Assembly (NCBI GenBank): GCA_000388065.2
Contig: KB932213.1
DNA length: 8,333 bases
Strand: one strand, 5' to 3'
From: Fonticula alba ATCC 38817
Lineage: Eukaryota > Protista > Nucleariida
Shown: positions 7,433-8,333 of the stretch, in pieces
How the letters are laid out: each line of letters begins with the position of its first letter
How positions within the stretch are numbered: the stretch's first letter is position 1
Made by a program: the position numbers and the translations under genes
The notes under the pieces: generated by a model
Seen by the model: the letters and a program-made list of their open reading frames with translations, nothing else
Told to the model about the DNA's origin: nothing
Database searches by the model: none

Positions 7433-8286
7433 GTTCGTGGTCATCGCCCCCGGCGCATGCCGGGCCGGCGCCGCCACCACCCCTGGAGCCGCTGCTGACT
7501 GCGCTAGTGGCGCCGACCGGCTCGTGCATGATCTCCTCGCTGACGGTCCTGGGCCCGGTCCCTTCGGATGGCGGGCCTTTGCTGGTCCTGCTGGCCGGGA
7601 CCTTCTCCGTGGCCGGGAGCCTGGCCGGATCCGGGTATCCCTCGCTCGGGGAGGCCTCCGACGCGGACCAGCTGCTGGCCATTCGCATGCCGGTGACCGG
7701 CCAGCCGGGCACTTCGGTGCTGGACCCGGAGGCCGGGACATGCCGGCTGCTGGTGGGCCCGGCCGGGACCGGAGCCGGGGCCTGGTCGCTCGGCCGGCCG
7801 GGCGCCAGCCCGGCCGCCGGGCGCCTCCCTTCGCAATTTTTCCTGCCCCATGGCATGCACGTCCCGGCATTGGGAGTGGCGCTGGGGCCGGATCGCATGG
7901 CGGCCGTGGTCCCCTCCACCGGTGGCCTGGTTCTGTTGGAGAGCGAGGCCCCGGGGCCGGGCGCGTCGGCCTCGTCGGCGTGCCCGGCCCGCCTCGAGCC
8001 GTGGATGGAGCTGCTGTGCGCGCGGCATGCCGTGCGTGGCGCGGCGCCCGTCAGCCCGGCCGGCAGCCAGCTGCTCCTTCACCTGCTCGATGGCACGGTG
8101 CTTGTCTGGAGCATTGCCGCCCGGGTGGCGGCCGCGGTGCCGGCCCCGGCCCCCGTCGGCTGTGCAATCTGCCTATACAGCGACCGGGTGGACCCGGCGG
8201 CGGCCGGTGGCTGGTCCAGCGTGCTACACTCCCGGGCCCCGGGGTTCGACCCGTTCGGCCCGCTGCCCCCGCCCCCCTCCCGCTAA
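5146..8286 (+). CDS. Uncharacterised WD40-like beta-propeller protein, about 1046 aa, with a long Ser/Pro/Gly/Ala-rich central region; start and possibly end uncertain
   Basis: A 3.1-kb open frame with GC-rich third codon positions. WD-like segments: LGHTTEITALCL..LLLAVGS (5740-), FLAAASCDGLLGVW (6106-6147) and LLLHLLDGTVLVWSI (8071-8115). Alternative starts are ATG 5215 or an exon upstream of the gap. I cannot name an orthologue. Confidence 0.7.
5251..5310 (+). repeat. (GCN)20, mostly GCG, coding a 20-Ala tract
   Basis: Read directly from the sequence. Confidence 0.95.
5963..6012 (+). repeat. 21-bp in-frame tandem duplication, about 2.4 copies (VTACASA/VTTCASA/VA)
   Basis: cggtgaccgcctgcgcctcgg / cggtgaccacctgcgcctcgg / cggtggcc, with one mismatch between the two full units. 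Confidence 0.9.
6742..6768 (+). repeat. (GGC)9 coding poly-Gly
   Basis: Read directly from the sequence. Confidence 0.95.
7399..7431 (+). repeat. (TCGTCA)5-TCG hexanucleotide repeat coding 11 Ser
   Basis: Read directly from the sequence; TCG and TCA codons alternate strictly. Confidence 0.95.
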
Positions 8287-8333
8287 TAAGCCCCCATGGC
8301 CGACGTTGGCTCGGCGCCTTTTGGAGGAGCGAG

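Noticed and set aside
7000-7507. Possible intron from GTAAGC (7000) to CTGAC...TAG (7507)
   Set aside because: Its 508-nt length would shift the frame, and the interior lacks the composition of the real introns.
4968-8082. Long antisense and alternative-frame ORFs over the WD40 gene (600, 348, 256, 192 aa and others)
   Set aside because: Shadow ORFs are expected in very GC-rich coding DNA. The translations are Arg/Pro/Ala/Gly-rich with no family motifs, and the poly-Asp run is just the complement of the Ser repeat.
23-8286. Functional cluster linking Mediator, lipoylation and the WD40 protein (for example WD40 = Med16)
   Set aside because: I recognised no Med16 motifs and there is no shared pathway. 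Adjacent genes in a compact eukaryotic genome are usually unrelated.
1-8333. CRISPR arrays, transposon ends, tRNA/rRNA/snRNA genes
   Set aside because: I saw no spaced direct repeats, terminal inverted repeats with target duplication, transposase or reverse transcriptase motifs, or recognisable structural RNA signatures.

Overview
GC-rich, intron-containing eukaryotic DNA; the composition and gene style suggest an opisthokont protist such as Fonticula, but that is inference only. The window has two assembly gaps (1915-1969 and 4991-5091) and three genes. (1) A 4-exon MED18 (Mediator head subunit) on + at 23-2077, about twice the usual family length because of large insertions. (2) A convergent 8-exon, 440-aa lipoate-protein ligase A/lipoyltransferase gene on - at 4622-2243, with a mitochondrial-type presequence. 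(3) A divergent, apparently intronless ORF of about 1046 aa on + at 5146-8286, with WD40-like blades split by a long Ser/Pro-rich disordered region. There is no mobile element, RNA gene or CRISPR array, and I cannot claim a clear new biological system. The best leads concern splicing: complementary (TG)n/(CA)n introns around a frame-symmetric MED18 exon pair, an AG|GTACGT recursive-like junction, frequent AAG acceptors, distant branch points, sense-strand poly-C runs in introns, and an orphan TACTAAC 3' splice site in the divergent promoter region. All exon structures were derived by hand, and family assignments rest on remembered motifs rather than database searches.
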